A DNA stretch of 63,723 nucleotides, from the NCBI GenBank assembly GCA_026026165.1, contig JAPEUD010000070.1, forward strand, positions 62,001 to 125,723. The letters are read 5' to 3'. Source of the DNA: Sarea resinae (Eukaryota). The number at the start of each line of letters is the position of its first letter. Position 1 is the stretch's first letter. Below are positions 51,439 to 62,900 of this stretch, one piece after another. The notes under the pieces are model-generated. The model saw only the letters and a program-made list of their open reading frames with translations, was not told the DNA's origin and did no database searches. The position numbers and the translations under genes are program-made.

Positions 51439-52161
51439 TTTGTAGTTGTTGCTGAAATATGACAGAGGCACAGCTCGACTTTTAAAGGGCCCGACATGCA
51501 GGACCTAAGCCGCAATATTGCTTTTTCTAAAAGATGGTAAAAAGCCTCCGGCATGTGTCATTGAATGAAAGTGGCTGCAAGTGATAGGCATTGCGATAAA
51601 CGTAGCTCATAGTCGGAGTCATCATTAGACTCAAGACGGTCTGCTCAGTCCCCACATTTGCCACGAGCCTGCCACGGGCCTGCCACGAGCTTGACTGCAT
51701 AAACCCTTGAGAATAAGAGAGTGAAATTGCTCACCATCGAAGCTAAGTGTGATGCCATCCCGCTATCAATAGTTGGCCGAAGCAGGAGCTTACTAACGCA
51801 GGTTCTCCTTGCCGTCCGAACCCCACGACAATCGTGTTGCAATCCCCGCTTGGTTGAAGTCGCAATATGTATGATAAGAACTCCAGGGTTATCATCCCGG
51901 CATAGAGCTTGATCGCCGGATAGATTTACGGCTTTGAGAAGCCAAGCGACACCAATTGGTGGTGGTGGTGATGCTGGTGATACCAAGCAGATATGACGTG
52001 CTCTCGCGCCATCAATTGCGGAGAAGAAGACCGCATATCAGCGAACCTGTAAACAGCACGCAGGAAGGAAAATCTTGCGAACGAGCATGTAAATAGATGA
52101 GAAAAGCCCAGTAGCAAGCTGCACTCTCGATTGATATCAAAGTCCAATTGAATAGCCCAAT

Positions 52162-54011
52162 ATGAGTGAGAACGCCAACCAAACAGGAGCGACCGAAAAC
52201 GGATCGGCGCCACCGAAGCAAATCCTCCTCAATGCCTTTGACATGTCAACGATTGGGCACCTTAGTGTTGGGTTGGTTTTCATAGAATATCATAAGAAAG
52301 AGAAACTGTCTCACTAATAACTTTCTACCTGAACAGGCAATGGAAGGTAGGATCCATTGTGCATGATGTTGCGATCCGATGGAGAGACAAAGCTCATGGT
52401 GTTGTGTTTCGGTTGCGACTTTAGGATCCCAACGACAAGTCCACGACCAAGCGACGACTTGACTACTGGATCAACCTCGCGAAGCTGCTGGAACGGGGCA
52501 ACATCAACGCCTTGTTCCTCGCCGATACCTATGGCGGATATGACACGTATGAAGGCAGTCTAGATAATTGCATTCGACGAGCTGCACAATGGCCGGTGAC
52601 GGATCCTACCATTGTGAGCCATCCATGATCTGTCTGTCAGAAAGCGCCACGATTGACATGAACAGCCGATTTCCGCCATGGCCGCTGTGACCAAGAATCT
52701 CGCATTTGGTATCACGGCGTCGACCTCTTTCGAACCGCCATTTCTGCTAGCCAAGCGCTTCTCCACTCTGGACCATCTGACGAACGGTCGCTTGGGATGG
52801 AACATTGTGACGTCGTGGAAGAAAGCTGCGTTCAAGGCGATCGGGATCGATACTCCGATTGAGCACGACCAGAGATATGAACAGGCCGACGAATATCTCA
52901 AAGTGCTTTACAAGTATGTTTACCATCTCGAGATCGTTGTTTGTGCATAGTCTCTGATAGAAGGACAGACTCTGGGAGGGATCGTGGGCAGATGACACAA
53001 TCGAGGCGAACGCAGCCGAAGACATCTACTTCAACCCAGACAAGATCCGTCAGATCAACCACCACGGAAAGTATTTCGACCTCGAGACTCGACACATTGT
53101 CGATCCGTCTCCCCAGCGGACTCCATTTCTGTTTCAAGCCGGCACATCTCCGTGAGTTGCTCAGCCCGATACCCTACGCACATCATTTTTGGACACATTT
53201 CTCTCGAAAAAGCCGCCTGTTCCATCAAGAATGCAGCTAACAGGCCCTCTTCTTAACAAGAGCCGGATCCTCATTCGGCGCTAAGCATGCAGAGGCTATC
53301 TTTGTAACCTCACACAGCCCTTCAGTCCTACGTCCCAAGATCCAAAAGATTCGCTCCCTCGCCCAGTCCCTTGGGCGCGACCCGTCTTCCCTGAAGTTCT
53401 TTGCGACATTTACCCCAATTCTAGCACCCACGGATGCTGAGGCGCACGAGAAACACGAGGCTCTCAAGAAGACCGCCTCCATCACCGGCGGACTCGTGCT
53501 CTTTAGCGGCTGGACCGGGATCGACATCTCGAAGATCCCACTTGACGAGGAGCTGACGGCCAATCACTCGCAGGAGGCGAACAAAATACGGTCGTCACTC
53601 GAAAGCTTCACGACGACCAGCGACGAGGTGCCCGTGTGGACGCCACGCACCGTGGCGGAGCGAGCGGCAATTGGCGGCCTAGGGCCTGTGGGGGTCGGGT
53701 CGCCGGCGACGATCGCTGACGAGCTACAGCGGTGGATCCGCGAGGCAGACGTCGATGGCTTTAATTTGGGATACGTCACGACTCCGGGCACCTTTGAGGA
53801 TGTCGTGGACTTGTTGGTGCCGGAGCTGAGACGCAGGGGTGTGTATCCGGCTGCGCCCGATGAGGGGGCAGAACCAGTCACTGCGAGAGAGAAGGTATAC
53901 GGGAAGGGTCAGAATAGACTGAGAGATGACCATTGGGGAAGCACATTCAAGTACGACGTCTATCAGGAGGAGCCGCCGTATAAGAAACAGGATAGTGAGG
54001 TTCACAGCTAG
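52162..54011 (+). CDS. Luciferase-like FMNH2-dependent monooxygenase, NtaA/DszA/SoxA family, multi-exon
   Basis: ILLNAFDM..GHLS.GQWK, LAKLLERG..ALFLAD, RFSTLDHLTNGRLGWNIVTS, PSPQRTPFLFQAG, DVDGFN, LVPELRRRG. Confidence 0.92.
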
Positions 54012-54542
54012 CTTATGCAATCTATCAACAGTCTTTTTTGTCTAGTCTGGCTCTCTTGCGTCAGGAAATAATACCAAGTTGAATATATCCCTACAGATAC
54101 AAGCAACAACCAATTTAATTTCGCAAGATACTGGCACTATTTACCTGCTTCAACCAATTATTATGCTACAAATAAGATATTTAAATACATCCCACTTATC
54201 AATTTGAACTACACGCACCTTCTGATGTCGTGAATAGAAGAGTCTGTAGGCAAGCGCTGAGAGACGGCGAGGTACGGTGTCGCATAAAAATACCTAACCG
54301 ATGACAAGATAGCGCTTGACGGTAGTGCTTATGCTCGTTGCCGTGCCCACCTAATCACAGACTGAGATTCAGGTCAATAAAGTGGAGCTATTTATTTTGT
54401 TTCAACGACGAAGTGAGCTCTGCCGCAGGTAGAGAGAGTAACGTGGCTGTCAATTATCGATCATGATTTATACTTCCCACTATCATCGCGTACGCTCTTA
54501 TAAGGGTATTTCGTTTCTGGAACAGTGTTCAAATGAGCAGAG

Positions 54543-55448
54543 ATGTCCCCTACCTTTGCAATCGTGATTTGCCACGGATCGTACCATACACCTCAGCCAT
54601 ACCAGCCTTTCCTCGATGCTCTAAAAGACGCTGGAATCGAGGCGTACTGCCCACAGCTCCCTTCATCTGATCCGTCAAAAATGAACCTAGGAGATGACGC
54701 CTCCAAGCCCGACTACGACAGGGATGCGCCACCGAGTGGATATCCCCAACCCGCGGACGATGCGAAAGTCATTACGGAAATCCTGGGAAGGCTCATCATC
54801 ACAGAGGGCAAGAGCGTCATTTTGATAGGACATTCATCAGGGGGCTTCACGGCGACAGCATCTGCTATACCTGAGCTCCAAGCGAAGAACCGAATGACGG
54901 CAGGCGCTTCTGGAGGTATAATAGGTGTCTTCTACGTCTGTGGGTTCGTGGTTCCGGTCGGCGAGTCTGTTAATTCCTTCTTTCAGCCGAAAGACGGTAG
55001 TCCGCCTGTGGTTCCGCCTGTGGTTCCGCCTTACTGCGAATTCCATGTCAGTATTACCGAAGTCACGAACGAGCAGAGCTGACATGGTTGTGCCCAGAAA
55101 CACGGTATGGCCGGTCTGGCTTCGACTAAGGAGGGTGCGAAGTACTTCTTCAATGGCTTGGACCAAAGTCAAGCTGAACATTACGAATCTATGTTGACTG
55201 CTTCACCGGTGTTCCACACGATCTTGGAAAATGATGTTTATGCTGCTCTACCTTGTCTTTACTTGGTGACAGAAAACGACCTGGCGTTGCCGGCGACGTA
55301 TCAAGAGGGAATGGTGGCGCTCCAGAGCCAGAGGCCTGAAGTAGACATTGGTGTTGTGAGATGCGCAAGTGGACATTCGCCTCATTTAGCTTGGACCGAA
55401 GGCCTTGTTGCTGAGGTCCAGAAATTCGGGGAAACGCTACTTGGATGA
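54543..55448 (+). CDS. Alpha/beta hydrolase (AB_hydrolase_6-like); join(54543..55046,55098..55448)
   Basis: VICHGSYH, GHSSGG nucleophile elbow, YLVTEND, SGHSP. Confidence 0.9.
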
Positions 55449-55485
55449 CCTCATAGTATCAGCCCATACAGATCACCCTGCTGTC

Positions 55486-56578
55486 TTATTTATGTCGGTC
55501 GGCGAATTTGGCGAGCTCATCGGCTAGCTCTGGGAAGTCCTCTTGGTGATATACGCAACGTCGAGGTCTGCTTGTTGGAATCTTTCGTTCATAATTGTTA
55601 CGATCGATATGGAGAGACATGGCGACGTACGGATCGATGCGGCGAGCATACTTTTCAGCATGAAATCGCTGTCGTTCAGGATTCTCGTTACTATGTGAAG
55701 CTAGCTCTGATAATGCAAAGTTGGCAAAGTCCTGGATCTGAGCATCTGAAAGCTCGTATATTTGGTAAAATCCAACTGGATGGACAAAGACATTTTCGCA
55801 CTAGAGAAAGCCGTCAATAAAGAGCTAATTTGAGGGTTTGGAGATCAAGAATAATACCTCTATTCCAGACTCGCCACGATCAAATAGCATAACTCCTCCA
55901 AACAAACGGTATTCTGCCCAATATCCCACTATGTCCGCGATACCGTTTGGATATTGATCCCAATCCATATACTCAGGGTGATAAAGCTCTACTGGTTTGG
56001 GAGGAATAGGCATGAGCGGGGGAAGGTCCGGATGCGTTGGGGGCTGAGCTGACGGACTCGTCGGATCAAGTTTATGTAAACCGCCATCGGCATTGATGAA
56101 AAGCGATGTAGCCATATTGTGGCACGCAATAGACACCAATTCCATCAAGCGTAGAATAAATTGTCTCGACCCAATAGTGGTGTTTTGGTATGCTTCAGCC
56201 AGCTAATGTATCAAGGTCTTAGTATAGCTTTCTCGAAAGCAGGACATTGTACTGGCAGACCTTGGCATCAAACTCGATCATCCCAAGCCTCAAGTTTGCT
56301 CGAAAGGCTTCTACAACTTGTCGTGCGTCTCGGCTCGACTCCACATTCTGTTCGAAATCCGGGCGAGTATGTGTGTAGTAATCGCGATACACATCGCGGG
56401 TTGGTACACCGTCAACGACCTGGGCAAAGGTCTGAAAAGCTAGATCTGTCGACAAGATATTGGAGAGAGCTTTCTCTAGGGCGACCAGATGCTCAGGCGC
56501 CAAGTCGTTGATACAGATTTGAACAGTTCCGCTTGGCGATGCATGACCCTGGAGCTCGAAGTGGGCGCTCGCTATCAT
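55486..56578 (-). CDS. Fungal hypothetical protein, about 3 exons
   Basis: ORFs 56219..56578 and 55825..56148 (YPNGIADIVGYWAEYRLFGGVMLFDRGESG) plus a third open frame CENVFVHP..RRIDP..ERKIP..ADRHK* ending at 55486. Confidence 0.7.
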
Positions 56579-56784
56579 GGTAAGACTAGAAGACTAGGAT
56601 ACCGAGGACAATCGCAGAAGACTCGTGCAGGAAGGAGGTTGCGCGTTGGGGTTAAATGAGCACTATTTGTATAGTGTAAAATTCGCTCGCTTGCTTACTA
56701 TCTTACTATCTAAGGTGTCTATCAATCTATCTAGAACTAAGAGGCATAGATTGTGCTTCGACCTTGCTTGCTATGGGGTCAGAC

Positions 56785-57510
56785 TCCGGCGATGAAGTAC
56801 ATTTTGTGGGACGTTAATCAATGGTAGTGCTCGTATCCGCATGTGCATACACATTTCCTTTCAATATGTTGCTAATGGATAACGCAGGGTATCTTACGAT
56901 GACGCCGACACGTACAGGCAGAAGAATGAGTTCGCCAATCAACTTTGCCTCGGCGGCACCTTGGCGTGGGTTCTTGATCTCGATGATCCTACCACATACA
57001 TGACCTCGATGAACGCCCAAAGCGGCCGTATGATGACTGCAAGTGACACAGAATGCGTCTCCAACATATTACCGCAAGCAAATATCAGGCCACTTTCTAT
57101 AAAATGGACCTCAAGGCAAATCAATTCTATGGGACACAGTGTTCCCCGCATCCCTCTTGTCAATTTGGGTGGTATGCTATCACATATGGTCGCGGCAAGT
57201 TAGCTAGATAAACAAACCTAGAAGTCCAAATAATGAACAACTGACACACTTAGATTCTCAATAGGGGTCATATTTCAGGGGAATGTCATGGCGGCCCTCG
57301 AAGTCCATACGGAAGCTTTGCCTCCCGGACATTGTATCATTTGCTACGTGTCGATGGTACGTAGGTCAGACGAGCATCCGCAATGGCGGCTCCCTGAACC
57401 TGAGGTGTCCCAAGGGCGACTCGCTCGTTTCCTTGAATTCTCGTCCTGAGCGAGACCGCAATGAGTATGATGGCGATCGTTCTTCACTCTTCTGCTGTGA
57501 TGGTATGACA
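56785..57510 (+). pseudogene. Relic of a GH18 subgroup C (killer-toxin-alpha-like) chitinase
   Basis: AMKYILWDVNQW|intron|VSYDDADTYRQKNEFANQLCLGGTLAWVLDLDD is the end of a GH18 barrel; downstream CPKG..LFCCD fragment; no DxDxE core seen upstream. Confidence 0.7.
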
Positions 57511-58248
57511 ATAGCGCTGGGCGAGACTTGCGCTAAGTAAAGCTGAGAAGAGGCTCAGCGCCGGCGGTGTTCGTTTCCTTTGATCATCTATCATCTCCGG
57601 AGATAACTCGAATCCGCGAGATTAGGGGGAGTGCAGCTTTTGGGCCGATCCACCAAATACGAGCAGCTTCGGAATTTATGATAGACTCCCCAGCAACGAT
57701 CAGAAATCACCCCCGGATTGCCGAGATGCGCACTTCGATCCTCAGCCCACATAGTAAGATATAGAGGAGAACGAGAACAAGGAGAACCCGGGCCTGAACC
57801 GAGCTCGACCTCAATCTGGACGTCATACTCGACCAGCAAACACCTTCCTTACCTACTACAAATACCACACCACCCTAACAGCACCTACCAAGCCTCCTCT
57901 CGACCTTCAAGCCATAGCATTGCGTGACGTCCATCCACCCCTATCCTTCAGACCATCAAGAAGAGCCGACATCAGCACCAGACCTAGAGCAGCAGGATCC
58001 GCACGCCTCCATTGCGCCGCCCGACAGATCCGGCACTATGCCCACACCCACAGCGACAGTACCAATCTAGCCCCATACATACGTCCTGTCCCGAACACCG
58101 ACAACAACGCCGGAACGGACACCGAGACCGCTCACGAAACATCTTCCCTTTCGCATCTAGTCCTGTCAATCAGCTAAGATATAAATCCAGCGAGATAGTA
58201 CAAGAGACTAGATTGATAATAGTTTCTATACTATAGGTTTCTAAAATA

Positions 58249-59706
58249 CTAGTTCTTAATTGGACGCCCTTTAACATAGACTTTAGCTATGTTTCTGTCA
58301 TCTCCGCTCATAATGAATTTCTCAAACACATTAGCAATAGAGTCGAAATCTTCAACGAAGGTTATAACACCCTCGTACTCCCCACTAGTCTTGATTTCCA
58401 GCGCATCGAAGTCCTTGCCAACGGCGAAGGTTCCTATCTTGCTATCTAATCCACAGAGTTTTGCTCCACCTAGTGTCGCAAGGTAAAACGTCTCACATAT
58501 TGACAAAGGCTCATCCGCGCCATCTGTGGACAGCTGTCTCGCTTTAGACACGATAAACGCCTGTCTCATCGCATCAAGAATCGAGGAAGAATAACCACCG
58601 CCACTGTCAGTTCCTAGACCGACATTCATATCCCTCCGAAGATACTCGCGGATGGGCGCGACTCCGAAGTCGCCGCCTGTAGTATTAGAGATCGGACAAT
58701 GTGATACGCCGCAACCGAGATCTTGAAGCCGCCCCATGTCGTAATCATCCATAAATATGCAATGAGCCAGAATTGAGCGGTCATTGAGCAATCCGAAGTG
58801 TTCATAAAGATCAGATTCATTTCCAAACTCTGGAAATAGAGACTTGGTGACTTCCATTTCTTGAATGGTTTCATTGAAATGTGTCTGAATCGGCAGATCT
58901 GGATTCTTCGCGGCAATTCTTCCGAGCCCAGACAGTACCTCCCGGTCGCAAGCAATAGCGAAACGTGGCGTCAAAATCGGTGTGATGAGCTTGAATTCCG
59001 GATCGATTTTTCGAGCATAGGCAATGAAGTCCTCCGTGACACGGAGAGATTCCTCCGCGCTGCTGTCTTTGTAAAATCCGGGCGAGCTTTGGTTCATGTT
59101 GCATTTGCCAACTAATGCTCGCTGACCCTTCTCCAAGCACGTGTCGGCCAGTATCTTCGTAGCTTCGCCGTGTAGAGAGCCGTAGTAGGCTGCTGTAGTG
59201 ATGCCTTGTTTGATCAAACCGTCCACGCATGACGCATACGTCTTCCGTGCATACTCGGGATCAGCGAATCTTGCTTCGTGAGGGAACGTGATCTTGTTGA
59301 GCCACTCCATGATATTTTTGCCCCTTCCCATCCCCCGCTGCGTCCATTGAGGAGCGTGGTTGTGTGTATCGACAAATCCCGGTATCAAAAACTCTCCATT
59401 GTTGAGCATCCGGAAATGCTGTACTTTGTGTCGCGAGAGAAGCTCATCAACTATTTCCTCGACCACATCCTTTTGGAGCAAGACAATCGTGCCATCTGTG
59501 CCGACAATCAGAAGGCTGTTTTCAATGATCGCGATCTCAGAAGACGAGACAGAATGTATGATAGTGCCATAGACGGCGAGAGGTAGGTTTGGACGAGTGC
59601 TGTCCTTTCGGACAATGCCAGATGGTTGAAGCGACGTCATAACGGGACGAGACTTGCTTAGTAGATATTTGAGGGGAGAGAAAGAATCCGATATATATCG
59701 CAACAT
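58249..59706 (-). CDS. Guanine deaminase family amidohydrolase, intronless (start may be the Met at 59640)
   Basis: PGFVDTHNHAPQ, TTAAYY, GQRALVGKCNM, TPRFA, IQTHFNE, HCPISN, GLGTDSGGG, GDDRNIAKVYV. Confidence 0.92.
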   Translation of the reverse strand: MLRYISDSFSPLKYLLSKSRPVMTSLQPSGIVRKDSTRPNLPLAVYGTIIHSVSSSEIAIIENSLLIVGTDGTIVLLQKDVVEEIVDELLSRHKVQHFRMLNNGEFLIPGFVDTHNHAPQWTQRGMGRGKNIMEWLNKITFPHEARFADPEYARKTYASCVDGLIKQGITTAAYYGSLHGEATKILADTCLEKGQRALVGKCNMNQSSPGFYKDSSAEESLRVTEDFIAYARKIDPEFKLITPILTPRFAIACDREVLSGLGRIAAKNPDLPIQTHFNETIQEMEVTKSLFPEFGNESDLYEHFGLLNDRSILAHCIFMDDYDMGRLQDLGCGVSHCPISNTTGGDFGVAPIREYLRRDMNVGLGTDSGGGYSSSILDAMRQAFIVSKARQLSTDGADEPLSICETFYLATLGGAKLCGLDSKIGTFAVGKDFDALEIKTSGEYEGVITFVEDFDSIANVFEKFIMSGDDRNIAKVYVKGRPIKN

Positions 59707-59939
59707 CTAGCGAGGATGTTATCGTGTTATGTCACATGTACAGCGGTCTCAGGCATAAGTTTCGTGAGCTCGTTACTTTATAAGCTGACTAGGGTACGCA
59801 GGATCTGTCGCTCGAGCCTGATAGATCGCCTTATACCTTTCTATCTCTATAGACAACTAGAGTTGAACTTGAACTCTAAAAGTATGTACTCTTTTTAACA
59901 ATTATAATTGGTAGAAATAATTAAGTGAGAGTAGAACTC

Positions 59940-62900
59940 TAGTAGTAGAACTTTAGTCAGTTAATACTGTTAAAATACTCTCTTTCTTTAGGTGTATTAT
60001 ATCTTCTAATCTTTTCTATTATAATTCTATAAAGCACAATTAATTATCTTGTGTTATAGCTATAATATCACTAAATAAAGTGCTTAAAATTTATTAGAGT
60101 AACTTAGAGCTACTTTAGATAAGTACTAAAGCTAAGATTTAAAGGTAGAATAGGTAAGAGTAAAGAGTTATTAGACTGCCTCCTAGGCTTCTAGCTATAG
60201 TAGAGTAGGTAAGAATAGCATAATTAAATAGGCTAGTGCACTGCAGCGTGCTAGTGTCATTCTAGCGATGTGAAACTAATACTATAGATATAGATATTGC
60301 TAGTAGGCACTGACTTTATAATTGCACTAAACACTAGCCCTAATAGCTAGCGCCCCTATTAATCTATATAACTAATAACCCTGCTTAGCTTACCTAAACG
60401 TTGCTGAACTACACTAGGTAGTTACTCTACACTGCGCTAAACTCTATACAGCACCTCTATTAGTAGTAGCCCTTATAATTACCTTCTCTCCTAGGACCTA
60501 GTCCTCTAGGTCCTTTGTTTACAATGTATAACATTATAGTGTTAAGTCTTTGTCTTGCTAGCGCCTTTATAGCGTTGCTATTCGCTGCAACCAGTGAATT
60601 TATATAGATAATAAAGAGAGTTCTTTATCCTATTTGCTTAGTTTGCTAAACGCTGCGCTAGAGTAGCAGCAGTGAATAGATAGAGTAAATGCTTTAAACT
60701 ATCTGTATTAGGCATTCTCTCTATTGCTTAGAGGTCGCTTAGCTATAGGTGTGTAGGTATAAAACGTAGGTGATCTAGTGCGCGCGCGCACAATTAAACT
60801 TTTTGCACCACGTTTTTAGGTACATTCTATATGCTTATCTGCCTATTATAAACGTTCCTAATCGCGCCTCTATTGTTCTACTATATATGCACAAGCCCTA
60901 TCTGAATCTAAAGGAGCCTCTTAAGCTCTATTAGGAGCTCTGTCTGCGCTATGCTAAGTGCCTTAGTGCTATCCTAGATATTGTATACAGCTGTCCTAGC
61001 TCCTTAGCAAAGTGTACACGCTGCGCCTAGCTCTATAAGAAGTGCAATAAAGTAAGCAATGCTCTTAATATAGCTCTAGGCAGGCTCTAACTAGGCTCTG
61101 TATAGGTGCTATATAAGTTCTATAAGCAGTTTAATTAGCTAGCTAAAGCAGCAGATATAGTAGCGGCTTTTGCAGATAATAACCTAGCTAAAGAGCCTGT
61201 ATTAAGTGCTCTTTAAGCTAAACAGCGGCGTTTTACAAGGAGCGTTAAAGCCTATATTAATACCACTAACTGCTATCCTTTAGACAACGCTCTATATATT
61301 GCTGTCGCTACTAAGCGCCTAGCTAACAGTGTTAAGAGACTGAATAACATTCTTTGCTATGCTATAAGCTAGCCTAGCTTATTACTAGCTTAGGGCTGCG
61401 CTAACTAAAGCTTATAGTTCGACCTGCCTTTAATTACACGCGCTAGTAAGAGTAAGGATAAGGATAACAACAATATAACTACACCTCTAGAGAGGTCTAG
61501 CAATTAGGCTAGTTAGGGCTAGGCAAGGCAAAGCAGTTAGTAATAGGATAGTAGTTCTTTCTGTTTCCTTTGTTTACTAGATAGCTTTAGGTTCGCGCTA
61601 GGACAGCGCTAGGGGTTTAATTTCACTTTCTTTTTTATAACTTTATCTCCTCTTATAACTGTAGCATTGTAGCTCTATAGCCTAATAGCCTTCTACAAAG
61701 ACTGTACACTATTAGCATACAATTGCATTGCAGGCCTACCTCTACATTAGCTTGCTAAAACCACCTAAAAACCTTTGTAGGTAAAAGAGGTAGAAAGAGT
61801 TCTAATAGCAGCTCTTTACTAGTGCTGCAACAGCGCGTCCTTTCTAGGACAGCTGTAAGGTCTTCTTCTTACAATTACTTGCAGCTTTAGGCTATACTTC
61901 TATAGCCTTCCTTGTAGGCGTTTTGTTACTAGCATCTCTAGGCTAGCTAGAGAGTCTTTATAGAGTAGTAGATTCTTTCTTAGGTAGCCTCTTAGCCTCT
62001 TAGCTGTCGCCTCTACAGCGCTATCACTAAGTAGTTGCTTCTTTAGTTAACTACAAGGCTTAGTTAACAGCACACTAGCATCCTATTCCTTGTTCGCTAG
62101 GCTCTTATGCTAGTTAGAGAGTAAGTGCTGTTTATAATCCTATACTAGGTCTATAGCGTTTGCTAGGTGCTCTACTAGCTCCTAGCTAGTATTATCTACT
62201 AGAGCTCTTTTCTACTTAACTAGATATTGTCGCTCTCTTTTAAGTACTCTGCAGCCTAGGATTTTTTTAACAATCTACTTAACCTAGCTATTAACTAGCT
62301 TAAAGTGCTAGTCTAAGGTATTGCTGTCGCTGTAGTAGCGCTTAAGTAGAGACATATAAAATATAGAATAGATAGATCTATAAGCCTTAGAGAGCTATAA
62401 CTAGTAGGCTTGCTTGCCTACAGAGTTAAGTACTATAAATAGGCCTATATAGCAGTGTTCTAACTTCTTACTTAGGTGTATAGTGCTAAGGTTGCACGCT
62501 GACAGCATAACTCTATTACCTCTTTTGTATTGTATTAGCTTATGTTTCCTATTGTACTACTTAGCTTAGTACTACTATACCTTAGTAAGATCCTCTTCTA
62601 GTCTTTATCTTACCTCTTAGAGGATATTAAGGCGCTTGTTTGCTGCTAGCACCTCTCTCTCTATAGCATTATCTACGATATTAAGTTGCAGATCTAGGTT
62701 GTAGCTATATAGAGCATAGAAGAGTGATATTCCTATAGACAAATATATGCTATTATTATATACATACTTAGCTATAGGTAACAGCAGAGCCTAGTTGTCC
62801 TAGCAGCTGCTTATATAGCACTATAAGTAGTGTTCTAACGTCTAGTTTTGCCTCTTAGTCTAGCTATCTGTCTGTAGGTAGAAGGCAGTGCTAAGCTAGT

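Noticed and set aside
60052..60534. Exact 3' LTR boundaries (TGTTATAGC..TGTATAACA)
   Set aside because: No clear polypurine tract, and the partner LTR is outside the window, so the ends cannot be verified.
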